IMG/VR virus record: IMGVR_UViG_3300045988_151591
Location: 34,841 to 98,840 of that record
Source: a virus
DNA length: 64,000 bases
Strand: one strand, 5' to 3'
The notes below the pieces were generated by a model. It did no database searches and had not been told where the DNA came from. It saw only the letters and a list, made by a program, of their open reading frames with translations. Below are positions 46,711 through 56,483 of the stretch, piece after piece (positions within the stretch are counted from its first letter, which is position 1; each line of letters opens with the position of its first letter). A program made the position numbers and the translations under genes.

Positions 46711-49353
46711 ATGGCAGTATTATTGGCGAGGGGCCAGATAACGATAGCGGCGATAAAGGATGGTGCGCCTGGTCCGCAAGGCAAGCCTGGCAAGGATGCC
46801 GTTTCTATTATTGTCGAAGACGCTCCGCTCGTTTTTGACACAGATGATAGTGGAATTGTACCTGTTAGCATATCAAAGGCTGCGAAGGTAAAGATAATGA
46901 AGGGTAACCTGAATATCTCTAATGAATGCAGCAATATTAGCTCAAGGGATGATTTGTGCGTAAATTGCAAATGTGGTGCAATACAGAAGGATGGATATAT
47001 CGAAGTATCTGTATCAGGCAGTAATATTGCAAAGAACGACGTGGTTATTGATGGTGTAAATCAAGGACAGGTTTCTGCAACATCAGGCTATGCGGTCGCA
47101 CAATTTGCTTACGCTGGTGTAGTCTATTTTGCGCAAGTTCCATTCTCGGTAAACGTGTCGAAGTATATGGGTAGTGTAAAGGTTACGGCAAAGCAGTATC
47201 AGTCGCAATTTAAGGCATTGGAGAACGACCTCAAAAAAAGCAATCCTACCGTTCTCAACGCCTACACATCTACTATCAAGCAGACAGCGAAGGAGATTAC
47301 TCTCAGTGTGACTCAGAGCCAGCAAGGACGGCATAACCTACTGCGAGATACGGCACTGACGAGGAAGGGTGATATATATTATTGGACCGGCCTCTTCCAG
47401 CCTACGATAACACAGGGCGTGAACGGCCATAATGCCATCCGCTTCTCGGTGACGGGTGACGGAACGCCTCAGTACAAGGGACTTTTCTGGGGAAATCACG
47501 TCAACGGCATCGCTGTGAAGAAGAACACCGACTACACATTCTCGGCATGGATAAAGTGCGACACGAAGGACTTACAGGTTTGTTCAGAAGTTTTCAAGAT
47601 GGCTGCGCTGAATGGCGATAGAGGGGACAGAATTACTGCCACCTCGGGTAACATGTACTGGCTGACAAAGGAGAACGAGGTGAATCAGTGGAGGCAGGTG
47701 AACTACACCTTCAATACGGGCGACGCAGAGTTTATCGAGGTGAATATCTTTGTCTACAATGGCATAACCGTGGACGGAACCTTTGGTTATACTGTCTCGG
47801 GTAACGGATGGATATGTATGCCAATGCTTGAGGAGGGGAGCGAGTACACAGGCTGGACTCCTGCGGAAACGGACTACGACTATGTGGGAGGAAACCTTAT
47901 GGAGGACACGATGACACTGACCAAATCGTCTGACAACAGCAATCTCCAGTTTGCCAGCGGACTGATTATGTTTGAAAAATACGAAGGCTGCTACGGAATA
48001 TTGTACAACAAAAACAACTCGGCAGAGTCTCTGTTCACAGAAGCCTTGCAATATAAATTTCCAACAAGAGCTACCCTTTCTGGGCAGGCGAGAATAGTAA
48101 AGAAGCAGGACTATGTGTTTTCCTTCGTTGCCAAGGGCAGCGGGAACATCAATGTTTTTCTCTATGGAGACAGCGTTCATGCAAATGTATATACAGAAAC
48201 CTGCGAAGGAAACGAATATACGGACGGCAGGGCTGACGGATACGCACAGCTCGCACTCACATCGACCTATAAGCGGTACTGGGTGCATTGGCGAATAGAG
48301 GACTATACTGGCGAGGGAGCAGAGGTAATTCCAGACAAGATGCTGATACGTGTTCCAGGAGATACTGAGGCTTGGGTGACAAAGCCGAAACTGGAGGAAG
48401 GCGCACAACTTACTGATTATACAGAACGGAAGACCGACCTCATAGACAGAGCCACAGCCAAGGCGGCAGGACTTGAGATTACGTCGAGCGGAGTAACTCT
48501 GTATGGCGAGAAAATCAAGGTGGAGAACACACTCTCTACCGGTCAGACTACGACAGCCGCACTCTTTACAGACGGAGCCATCAATGCGGCTCTGATACTG
48601 GCGCAGATGCTTACATCGCAAGGACACAACGGGCAGATGGTAAGGATAGCCGATGGCCTTATCAATATCTACGGCAAGGCAGGAACTGCAAATATCCGCT
48701 TCGGTCTGAACAGTTCGGGACAGGCCGTGCTGTCGTACTACGACGACAACGGAAACTTTCTCTACGACCTCGGCCCTACTGGTGTCGCCTCGCTCAGCAA
48801 GACCGACGCGAAGATAACTTCTGCGCAATATATCAAAGCAGAGGACGCAGGACTGACGACTCCACTCGGAGAGAATGTAGACCTGCCGTGGGTTGACACC
48901 ACCAAGTCGTGGTACACGGCAACGAAGGACAACAACTACATTCTTTTCGTTAAGGGTGCGACGGGTAAAACGACAACCCTGTATCGTTACTCAGCACCAA
49001 GAGTGAACGGAAAAATAGTAGCCGACTCGGCAAACGGATTGGGTACATACGACCTTGCGAGTGCTGCCGACGGAAGGACGTTTACGAGCCGCACAATGGT
49101 GAAGAATGGTGCGCTGACAAATCTTGCGGATGGCGTGTTCCTTACTGCGGATGCCACGGTCTACGACAACACAAAGCTGGTGCCTTCCATCAAGAAGGGG
49201 CAGAGCGTGACAAGGCCATCCTTCTATGTACAGATAGCCACCTTCAGCGCTAAGTACATGACACTCGCAGGGCATGGAAGAATCTATTCGATACAGACAG
49301 AAACCACTTTCGGTAATCTTGACGTAGGAATAATGAGCAACAATAATTACTAA
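46711..49353 (+). CDS. tail fibre / receptor-binding protein with N-terminal collagen-like motif
   Basis: 880 aa. 'GAPGPQGKPGKDA' near the N-terminus. Confidence 0.6.
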   Translation: MAVLLARGQITIAAIKDGAPGPQGKPGKDAVSIIVEDAPLVFDTDDSGIVPVSISKAAKVKIMKGNLNISNECSNISSRDDLCVNCKCGAIQKDGYIEVSVSGSNIAKNDVVIDGVNQGQVSATSGYAVAQFAYAGVVYFAQVPFSVNVSKYMGSVKVTAKQYQSQFKALENDLKKSNPTVLNAYTSTIKQTAKEITLSVTQSQQGRHNLLRDTALTRKGDIYYWTGLFQPTITQGVNGHNAIRFSVTGDGTPQYKGLFWGNHVNGIAVKKNTDYTFSAWIKCDTKDLQVCSEVFKMAALNGDRGDRITATSGNMYWLTKENEVNQWRQVNYTFNTGDAEFIEVNIFVYNGITVDGTFGYTVSGNGWICMPMLEEGSEYTGWTPAETDYDYVGGNLMEDTMTLTKSSDNSNLQFASGLIMFEKYEGCYGILYNKNNSAESLFTEALQYKFPTRATLSGQARIVKKQDYVFSFVAKGSGNINVFLYGDSVHANVYTETCEGNEYTDGRADGYAQLALTSTYKRYWVHWRIEDYTGEGAEVIPDKMLIRVPGDTEAWVTKPKLEEGAQLTDYTERKTDLIDRATAKAAGLEITSSGVTLYGEKIKVENTLSTGQTTTAALFTDGAINAALILAQMLTSQGHNGQMVRIADGLINIYGKAGTANIRFGLNSSGQAVLSYYDDNGNFLYDLGPTGVASLSKTDAKITSAQYIKAEDAGLTTPLGENVDLPWVDTTKSWYTATKDNNYILFVKGATGKTTTLYRYSAPRVNGKIVADSANGLGTYDLASAADGRTFTSRTMVKNGALTNLADGVFLTADATVYDNTKLVPSIKKGQSVTRPSFYVQIATFSAKYMTLAGHGRIYSIQTETTFGNLDVGIMSNNNY

Positions 49354-49359
49354 ACGAAT

Positions 49360-49905
49360 ATGATAACATATAAGGAATTGTATGCTACGCCTTTGGAAAC
49401 GAAGGTTGCGACATGGAAAAATAATGAGGTGCGTCTTGCTGTGAACGAACGCAAGACAGAAGACGGTGAGTATCTGTACGACTGCGTGTTGCTCGGCATG
49501 AATACCGATGAGGTGCCCACAGAAGAACAGCTGACAGAGGCTCTGAGAATCAAGTGCATCGAGCAGATAACGGAGTACGATAAGAGCGCAGAGGTGAATA
49601 CGTTTTATCTCAACGATGAAGCTCACTGGCTCGACTTCGAGACAAGAGACAGAGTGTATCAGGGCAACGAGCGACTTATGCGAATGGGGAGAACGGAAAC
49701 GACCCTGTGGCTCGACGGCGAGTGTTATACCCTGCCTATTGACACAGCTCAAGACCTCATCAGCAAGATAGAAGTCTACGCAAAGGACTGCTACAATGTT
49801 ACGCAGACCCATCTTGATAAGGTTGCGCAGTTACAGACGATAGACGCATTGATAGCCTATGATATTACGGCAGGTTATCCCGAAAAAGTACGATTAACAA
49901 TTTAA
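49360..49905 (+). CDS. tail-fibre assembly/chaperone-like protein (paralog A)
   Basis: C-terminal 'CYNVTQTHLDKVAQLQTIDALIAYDITAGYPEKVRLTI' is paralogous to the C-terminus of 50364-50999. Confidence 0.45.
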   Translation: MITYKELYATPLETKVATWKNNEVRLAVNERKTEDGEYLYDCVLLGMNTDEVPTEEQLTEALRIKCIEQITEYDKSAEVNTFYLNDEAHWLDFETRDRVYQGNERLMRMGRTETTLWLDGECYTLPIDTAQDLISKIEVYAKDCYNVTQTHLDKVAQLQTIDALIAYDITAGYPEKVRLTI

Positions 49906-49917
49906 TTTTATAGCTAT

Positions 49918-50301
49918 ATGAAGAAAATCGTTAAAGGCAATGACTTCACGCTGAAGATACCAGTGATGAAGATGGTGGAGGGGCAAGCACAGGCTTTCCC
50001 TCTGCCAGCCTTTGACTACGCATATAACACAATTCTTACGTTAGGTGGTGAAGAACAGCGTGGTTTCATTATGTCGATAGGACAGGAATTAGTACATGTA
50101 GCTAACCTTGAGACTATCAAGGAAATTCTGACGGAATTGTTTGATGCAAGCACTGCCACAGCCTATGAAACTTTCGTTAAGAAAACCATTAGATGGACTT
50201 CAACGCAGGGTAGTGCCACGTTTGCTGTTTACTGCGCGTATCAGATTGGCACCAACAGAAAGCCCGTCGCCTACTCGGTTCTGCCTGTCTACGCTTGCTG
50301 A
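49918..50301 (+). CDS. hypothetical protein (127 aa)
   Basis: ORF. Confidence 0.45.
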   Translation: MKKIVKGNDFTLKIPVMKMVEGQAQAFPLPAFDYAYNTILTLGGEEQRGFIMSIGQELVHVANLETIKEILTELFDASTATAYETFVKKTIRWTSTQGSATFAVYCAYQIGTNRKPVAYSVLPVYAC

Positions 50302-50363
50302 CCTATTTGCCTCTTTGAGAGAGAGAGTAGAATAAAAAGTAACTTTAAAAGAAAGGTAAAATT

Positions 50364-50999
50364 ATGAAAAAAACAATTTCGTTTGTCAGTACGATTATTC
50401 CTGCTGACCAGTTTAAAAAAAAATATGAAATCGGTAGTTCAGACAAGAGTGAAACAATCACCATCTACCATCTTGGCGAGGTGTTGGATAGCGAGATAGG
50501 AGCTTATCGGTGTTATGAATGTAGCATCCCGACATCGCTATTCGATGAGGACGAGGTGAAGGCTGCTTACGCTAAATTCGATGAAAGAGTAAAGGCGGCA
50601 GAATTGGCTTATGCCATCTCAAAGAAGGAGGAAGAGATAACAGCCTACGACACCTCAGACAAGGTAAACGGCTTTATTTTAAACGGTATGCTTATTTCAT
50701 GGAACAAGGATGACCCTAATTCTCCTAACGTCGAAAAGCGCATGGGCTTACGACAGAATATTGCTGACAAGGTTGCGCTTGGCGAGGAAAATATCGCTAT
50801 ATGGCTAAAAGGTGTATCTTTTACTATGCCATGTGCGCAAGCCGAAGTACTCATGCGAAGCATCGAAAACTATGCTTACGAGTGTTTTAACGTTACGGCG
50901 AGCCATAAGCAAGCAGTCAGTCAGCTGACGACCATCGAGGAGGTGGAAGCCTACGACTACAAGGCAGGCTACCCGAAGATGCTTGAGATGCGTGTATAA
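50364..50999 (+). CDS. tail-fibre assembly/chaperone-like protein (paralog B)
   Basis: C-terminal 'CFNVTASHKQAVSQLTTIEEVEAYDYKAGYPKMLEMRV' is paralogous to 49360-49905. Confidence 0.45.
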   Translation: MKKTISFVSTIIPADQFKKKYEIGSSDKSETITIYHLGEVLDSEIGAYRCYECSIPTSLFDEDEVKAAYAKFDERVKAAELAYAISKKEEEITAYDTSDKVNGFILNGMLISWNKDDPNSPNVEKRMGLRQNIADKVALGEENIAIWLKGVSFTMPCAQAEVLMRSIENYAYECFNVTASHKQAVSQLTTIEEVEAYDYKAGYPKMLEMRV

Positions 51000-51091
51000 T
51001 ATCATTTTCCTGATGCCGGGAAAATGATAACCATATTATTGACCTCAATAAAATGGTCAGTATTCCATAAACCCATTAATATAAAAAGATT

Positions 51092-51616
51092 ATGTGTATA
51101 TTAAGTATTATTTCGTTTCTCCTCTTGGGAGGATTCCTTCTTCTGTCGTTTATGCGCTTCGGAGCACCCGACATGATAAGCGACATTTACTATCAGTTGC
51201 AGAACTGCACGGGCAGCGAGGTGATAGGCAACAAGACGAAGCACAACTATGGACTTCTCTTCACCTTTATCATGTTCTTCACAGCCATCGCCATGATGGT
51301 ATGTATGCTCGACACGGGCAAGGGCATTCAGTGCCTCGCCTTCATAGGTTGCGCAGGACTGATGTTTGTCGGTGCTGCACCCAACTATCTCGATGCCGAC
51401 GCCTACCCTATCCATAAGGGAGGAGCCATCGTAGCCGCCATAGGATGCGTAGGCTGGTGTATGAGTGTATGCTGGATGATGACACTCATCGTACTGGCAG
51501 AGTACCTTCTCTGCCTCTACATCTTCGACCGCAGGGCGTCATTCTACAAACCCTGGTATTGGGCAGAGATGGCGGGCTTCATTGACGTATATTTCACCTA
51601 TTGGCTCTGCGTATGA
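51092..51616 (+). CDS. integral membrane protein (174 aa)
   Basis: 4-5 hydrophobic helices. Confidence 0.45.
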   Translation: MCILSIISFLLLGGFLLLSFMRFGAPDMISDIYYQLQNCTGSEVIGNKTKHNYGLLFTFIMFFTAIAMMVCMLDTGKGIQCLAFIGCAGLMFVGAAPNYLDADAYPIHKGGAIVAAIGCVGWCMSVCWMMTLIVLAEYLLCLYIFDRRASFYKPWYWAEMAGFIDVYFTYWLCV

Positions 51617-51882
51617 AGACATTTCTCCGAAACCTCATCACCCTCAACAAGCGAGACTGGATCGGTCTTGCTTGTTTGCTGTTTGTCAGTATATTTGTAG
51701 GTCCGCTGGCTTTGCCTGTCATGATAGGACGCGAGATATACCAGTACCGGCGCTATCACCTCCCACGCTTCGAGTGGGAAGACATTGTGCGATACACCCT
51801 CGTCATCTTCCTGGGGAGCATCGCCCACTACTTTATCTTTGATTATGTCTTGAAGATGAATCATATTGTCTCGCTCTGTTGA
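51601..51882 (+). CDS. small membrane protein (93 aa)
   Basis: Two hydrophobic helices. Overlaps the previous gene. Confidence 0.4.
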   Translation: MALRMKTFLRNLITLNKRDWIGLACLLFVSIFVGPLALPVMIGREIYQYRRYHLPRFEWEDIVRYTLVIFLGSIAHYFIFDYVLKMNHIVSLC

Positions 51883-52148
51883 TTGCGGCAGAACTCGTTT
51901 CCATTTATTTCCTTTTATTTCTTAGGAAATAATTGGAAACGAAAAAATTTGGTCGTTTCAAGAAAAAACATATAAAACAATCCCTGCCATTCTCACGAAT
52001 AGCAGGGATCCATACTTTTAATTTTAGATTATGACTCTCTATTTGAAACTTCGAGTCACATTATAGCACTGCAAAGGTAAGCAAAGTTTGCGAAACACGC
52101 AAATTTTCTCCTTTATATCTTTAATATTCTATCATGCCGCCGCTTTTC

Positions 52149-52607
52149 TTACTCTCCAGGCACAGTAAAGTCTATCCACTTCACGTTAGGGAAGTACTTC
52201 TGGTAGTTGTCCTTGGTGATGTCCTGTTCCCAGTCGGTGCCGTCCATATACTCTATGCAGACGCTCACGGGCATGGCATGCACCTTCTCCACTCCGATGA
52301 AGGCAGCGTTTGCCAAACGCTTATACTTCTTGTTCGTGTCGAAAGGTCCCGTTGCCGACACCTTGCGCAACTGAAGGTTGGGTGTCATGCCTACCGACAC
52401 GTCGCCTACCTCGTTTACGGCACACCACTCCACCTTGACGTACTTCACCTTCTTCTCTCCGTCGCATGTAAAACTGACGTACAGCGCCTTGGTTGTGTAG
52501 AGCAGTGTAGGCTTGAGCTTGAAGCTTGAGAACACCACTTGCGCATTTGCTGTATGGGCAACGAGCATCATTGCCAACAGCAGCAGCATCTTGATTGATT
52601 TTTTCAT
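52149..52607 (-). CDS. secreted protein with signal peptide
   Basis: 'MKKSIKMLLLLAMMLVAHTANAQ' followed by a beta-rich sequence. Opposite strand to its neighbours. Confidence 0.55.
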   Translation of the reverse strand: MKKSIKMLLLLAMMLVAHTANAQVVFSSFKLKPTLLYTTKALYVSFTCDGEKKVKYVKVEWCAVNEVGDVSVGMTPNLQLRKVSATGPFDTNKKYKRLANAAFIGVEKVHAMPVSVCIEYMDGTDWEQDITKDNYQKYFPNVKWIDFTVPGE

Positions 52608-52723
52608 ACTTTGATATTTTTATTCGTTAATATGTTCATATTTTCGTAGTCTTACACTCTCCCACTCCCTTATTATGTCCGATGTTTCACGCACGTTTTT
52701 TGTACCTTTACACTATGAGCAAC

Positions 52724-52772
52724 GTCGTAGTACTTTCATAGTACTCTCGTAGTACTTTCGTAGTACTTGCTC
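52724..52772. promoter_or_regulatory. 4x tandem (T)CGTAGTACTT(T) repeats containing palindrome AGTACT
   Basis: Read in the divergent intergenic region between 52607 (minus) and 52829 (plus). Confidence 0.5.
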
Positions 52773-52828
52773 TGAGTTAATTAACGCCCCCTTTTAGGGG
52801 CAATGTTTCACGTAATTCTATTGCAACT

Positions 52829-53266
52829 ATGGCAAAAATTACACCCAGCCATTTGATTAGTTCAATCAGTGGCAAACTGTGCAAGAAGGACACTACTTAT
52901 ATTGGTGTCAACAAACGCACGGGTAAGATGTATTCGGCTGGCTATCATGGATGCTCGCAGCCGAACAGTGAGAAACAGCAGACGGCAAGGGATGCCTTCA
53001 AGAAGAAGGCGCAGTTTGCCTCGTCTTGGTGGAAGCAGAACCGCCCGTCGGCAACGTCGGCGAAGGGCACGGAGGCTTACCTCGCCGTGATGAAGGCCTA
53101 CAAGGCGCAGCACAAGATCGGCAACCCTTACAGCTTCATGCGCTCCCTCGTCACCGATGACCTCAAGGTCATCCTTGCCGGCAACGACCTCACGGGTGGC
53201 GTGAAGCCAGGCGGCTCCACCACTGAAGGCGGCGGTCAGAAGCCTGGCGGCGAGCTGGAGTCTTAA
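52829..53266 (+). CDS. basic protein with C-terminal Gly-rich tail shared with 31105
   Basis: 145 aa, Lys-rich. Ends '...GGVKPGGSTTEGGGQKPGGELES', which is similar to the 31105 C-terminus. Confidence 0.45.
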   Translation: MAKITPSHLISSISGKLCKKDTTYIGVNKRTGKMYSAGYHGCSQPNSEKQQTARDAFKKKAQFASSWWKQNRPSATSAKGTEAYLAVMKAYKAQHKIGNPYSFMRSLVTDDLKVILAGNDLTGGVKPGGSTTEGGGQKPGGELES

Positions 53267-53297
53267 AGGCCGTTAAGTGCCAGAAGGCTTAACATTT

Positions 53298-53335
53298 CCC
53301 ACGGCAGGCACACGGCTTGCCGTGGGATTTTTATT
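53298..53335. terminator. bidirectional intrinsic terminator
   Basis: 'cccacggca...tgccgtggg' 9-bp stem plus 'atttttatt'. Lies between convergent genes. Confidence 0.55.
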
Positions 53336-53624
53336 CTTCGGGCAGGAGCATCACACCGACACGAACCTTTGCACCACAATGAGGACAGAAGGCGGTGGTG
53401 TTGATAGTAGGCTGTGCATCGCTCGAATCGCCTATTGGATAGAACAAATCAGTGATGTCGCAATCCAGTTTCTCGCAAAGGTCTTCCAAACGTTTTATTG
53501 TAGGGTTGCCTTTGATGTAATTCTGAATGATGTTCTGCGTCTTTAGGTCGAACTTCTGACAGAAAGACGTAATGGTGTAACCGCGCTCTTTTATGGCGCG
53601 ACGAATGTCTATTTTCGTTCTCAT
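53331..53624 (-). CDS. XRE-family HTH regulator with C-terminal zinc ribbon (repressor candidate)
   Basis: 'YTITSFCQKFDLKTQNIIQNYIKGN' HTH. 'CPHCGAKV' zinc ribbon. Confidence 0.65.
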   Translation of the reverse strand: MRTKIDIRRAIKERGYTITSFCQKFDLKTQNIIQNYIKGNPTIKRLEDLCEKLDCDITDLFYPIGDSSDAQPTINTTAFCPHCGAKVRVGVMLLPEE

Positions 53625-53939
53625 GTTTATATTAGTATTGTTTTGGCTGCAAAGTTAATACATATATTTGTATTTTGCAAGTTTTTCTGAAAAATAATTA
53701 TTATATACGTTTATTTCTGTTCAAAAGAGTATAGTTTTATCTGTTCGCAGAGTTTTCTTTTGTATTTTTTTTGTAAAAAAAGAGAGGCATATCATCTATT
53801 TTTATTGTATCTGAATTATTATTTTACCCCTATAAATAGTTAATAATCAATGTCTTAACTAAAAATCACTCCTGTAAAAGCCATCCCAAGAGGAACACCT
53901 AAATAATTGATAATTAGAGCAATCGCATCCAGCAAACTT

Positions 53940-54250
53940 TCCTTGCAACTTCGATTCGCAAGCGAGAGCGCCGCCGCACTGGGGAGCCTTGCGTGCACCC
54001 GATTTAGCTAAAACTTATCATATATGCGGACGCACACCCCAGGCGGGCGAGGGTGCGCCATGGATGGGGAGAGGGTGCACGGCGTAGGGCGTGAGGCATA
54101 CCAGACGGGGCGAGGGTGTGCCCCTCGCTCGCCCTGAAGCGGTCGAGGGTGTGGCGGTCGTGTGTGCTGTTGCTCGTCGTGGCTGCTGTGGATGCCTGAA
54201 CGGTGGCGAGGTGGTCCGCAGAGGTGCAGCCGTGCGCCTATATAATCAAG
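53940..54250. other. GC-rich island with 4x GCGAGGGTG repeats and stem-loops
   Basis: About 300 bp of high-GC sequence inside an AT-rich intergenic. 'gggcgagggtgtgcccctcgctcgccc' forms a hairpin. Confidence 0.4.
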
Positions 54251-54325
54251 GTAAAAAGAAAAAATAATGATAAAAGCAAAAATAATTGCAAAAATATTTG
54301 GTAAAAGGTAGAAAAATTACTACCT

Positions 54326-54538
54326 TTGCAAAGTCAAACAAATAAAACATATAAAATAATGAAGTACACAGAATTTCACCGAAGAATCAAGGCCAAGGGC
54401 TGGAAGTTCGACCACGCCGAAGGCTCGCACTACTTTTACACCAAGGGCGGAAAGCTCTCGCCCCCTGTCCCCTTTCATGGGGCAAAGGAGGTGCCCGAGC
54501 CGTTACGGCGGAGCATAGCGCGAGCGATGGGAATTTAA
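54326..54538 (+). CDS. hicA: HicA-family mRNA interferase toxin
   Basis: 'KYTEFHRRIKAKGWKFDHAEGSHYFYTKGGK...VPFHGAKEV' matches the HicA/YcfA signature. The likely true start is the internal ATG 'MKYTEF' (~54359). A TAccTTTG promoter motif lies upstream. Confidence 0.75.
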   Translation: MQSQTNKTYKIMKYTEFHRRIKAKGWKFDHAEGSHYFYTKGGKLSPPVPFHGAKEVPEPLRRSIARAMGI

Positions 54539-54606
54539 CAGAAGAAAGAGGAAAGGGGCGCGCCCCTTTCCTCCATCATAATAAACGATATAATATATAT
54601 AAGGAT

Positions 54607-55014
54607 ATGGCAAACGAAATTATAATGCTTATTTCTGCAAGTGCCGACAGTTTCGGCGCATGCTCTGAGAATTGCCCCGGTATTTGGGCGGCTGGCGACA
54701 CCGTGGAAGCATGCAAGGCCGACACCGTGCAAGCTATCGAGTTAATAGAAAAGAACATGCCACGCGAGGACTGGCCCGAACCTCTGAAGGCTGGCGAATA
54801 TACAATTATATGGCGGTATGATACCGAAAGCTTTTTGTATTATTACGGTAGTTTTATATCTCTTGCAGGTATGGAGCGTATCACGGGGATAAATCAAAAA
54901 CAACTATGGGCCTATATGCACGGACGCAAGAAACCGCGACAGGCACAGAAAGAGAAAATTATAAACGCTTTACACCGTTTCGCCCGTGAGTTGGCGGCGG
55001 CCGTTATACTTTAG
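54607..55014 (+). CDS. hicB: HicB-family antitoxin
   Basis: 'FGACSENCPGIWAAGDTVEACKADTVQAIELIEK' is a HicB/UPF0150 fold motif. The C-terminal segment is DNA-binding-like. Confidence 0.7.
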   Translation: MANEIIMLISASADSFGACSENCPGIWAAGDTVEACKADTVQAIELIEKNMPREDWPEPLKAGEYTIIWRYDTESFLYYYGSFISLAGMERITGINQKQLWAYMHGRKKPRQAQKEKIINALHRFARELAAAVIL

Positions 55015-55098
55015 GTTAGTTTTATTTGTTTGACAGCTTTTGGAATTAGCCGAAGTTATCCCGACAAGGTTTGCACCCTGTCGGGATTTTTTTTGTTT

Positions 55099-55446
55099 TT
55101 ACCTCTTTGCTCCTCCCCCCTGCTCCAGACGCTCGACGATGGCGCGGAGCTGCTGCACGGTGTCGGCTGTGTAGGTCTCACCGCCGACACGCACGACACC
55201 AACCAGGGCACCACCACCACCGCCTGCGCGCTGCGCCCTGGCTTGCTTCACCTCCTCCACAACTGCAGGAGGGGCGAGAAGCTGCCACGGCTCCACATCC
55301 AAGGCGGCGGCGATGCGCTCCAAGGTTGGGAACGATGGCCGCGAGATCGTGGCGGATACACTGGGACGCGATACGCCCAGAAGGTCGGCTAAATCCTGTT
55401 GGGTCATGCCCTTTTGTGTTAGTATGTCTTTAATGTATGATTTCAT
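55099..55446 (-). CDS. XRE-family HTH transcriptional regulator
   Basis: 'MKSYIKDILTQKGMTQQDLADLLGVSRPSVSA' HTH. Pro/Gly-rich C-terminus. Confidence 0.65.
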   Translation of the reverse strand: MKSYIKDILTQKGMTQQDLADLLGVSRPSVSATISRPSFPTLERIAAALDVEPWQLLAPPAVVEEVKQARAQRAGGGGGALVGVVRVGGETYTADTVQQLRAIVERLEQGGGAKR

Positions 55447-55612
55447 CTTTTTTAATTTGGGTACAAAGATATACATATTTATATAATGTAAAGAAGTCTT
55501 TACGTTAAATAGTGTTTAAAGTAAAAAAATAGTTACTTAAATATTTGTTTGGTAAATATATATTTACTATCTTTGCACTCGAAAACAAAGTAACAACAAA
55601 AATACAAAGATT

Positions 55613-56461
55613 ATGAAAAAGTCAACAAACATTGCAGCATTGAAAGAGTTAGTTAATTACAACGTATTAGACCGCGTTAAGTTACGCGTTAATGGCGTAC
55701 AGGCTTACAACATTGCCGAGGGCGAGGAGTACACCGTAATAGTAAAATATGAAAAGCAGCGCGGCCGCTATTACTTCGTAGATCGCGACGGCCGCCGCTT
55801 CCTTGCTTCTCACTACGACCGCGCCGAGTTCATAGCTGGTGAGATGCTCGCAGTAATCGCAGAAGAGCGCAGCGCAGCACAGCGCGCAGCCGAACAGGTG
55901 AAGGCGTCCGGCTCTGTCGCCGTATGCTCTTCGCTTTGTGATCTCTTTTTCGAGGAGTGCGATATACTCGGTATCAGAGTCAAGAGCACCGCCGTAGGTG
56001 TTGACAACCTCGGCCGTATGCTTACATGCTACGACCTGGTAAAGGATGACGAACCAGCACAGCAGGAAGACAGCGACAACAACGACGCACAGAGCAACGA
56101 GAGCGACCAGACAACCGCCGAGCCTTCACGCCTCGCCAAGGCAGCCGCAAAGGTAAAAGCATACGCCCGCCGCGCGGCCTTTGATGTGAGCCTTTTAGCC
56201 GTGGTTGTTCTCTGCTTCGTCGTCTTCTTCGCCTGCATCCCTGCCTTTAACATGATGTTAAAGGCCGCAGGCATCGAGGGGACAGCCTGTACCGTCTTTA
56301 CATGGTGCGCCCTTTTCCCTGCTCTTGATATTACTTCGTGGCTTGAGTGTAACGCCTTGGCGGTCTTGGCTCGCTTGTTCCCTGATATGTTCAGAGGCCC
56401 GCGCCCTGAGTTCCTCCGCCCCTGCTCTATCTTAGCAAAGGCCGTCCGCAACTCTTTATAA
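55613..56461 (+). CDS. hypothetical protein with C-terminal membrane segments (282 aa)
   Basis: ORF. Preceded by a 28-bp sequence identical to the one upstream of 57038. Confidence 0.5.
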   Translation: MKKSTNIAALKELVNYNVLDRVKLRVNGVQAYNIAEGEEYTVIVKYEKQRGRYYFVDRDGRRFLASHYDRAEFIAGEMLAVIAEERSAAQRAAEQVKASGSVAVCSSLCDLFFEECDILGIRVKSTAVGVDNLGRMLTCYDLVKDDEPAQQEDSDNNDAQSNESDQTTAEPSRLAKAAAKVKAYARRAAFDVSLLAVVVLCFVVFFACIPAFNMMLKAAGIEGTACTVFTWCALFPALDITSWLECNALAVLARLFPDMFRGPRPEFLRPCSILAKAVRNSL

Positions 56462-56483
56462 CCATTTTAAAATCCTCGAAGAT

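Noticed and set aside
47584-49812. Reverse ORFs 47584-48828 and 48991-49812 inside the 880-aa tail-fibre gene
   Set aside because: They lie antisense within a long, coherent forward ORF, with no start context or motifs.
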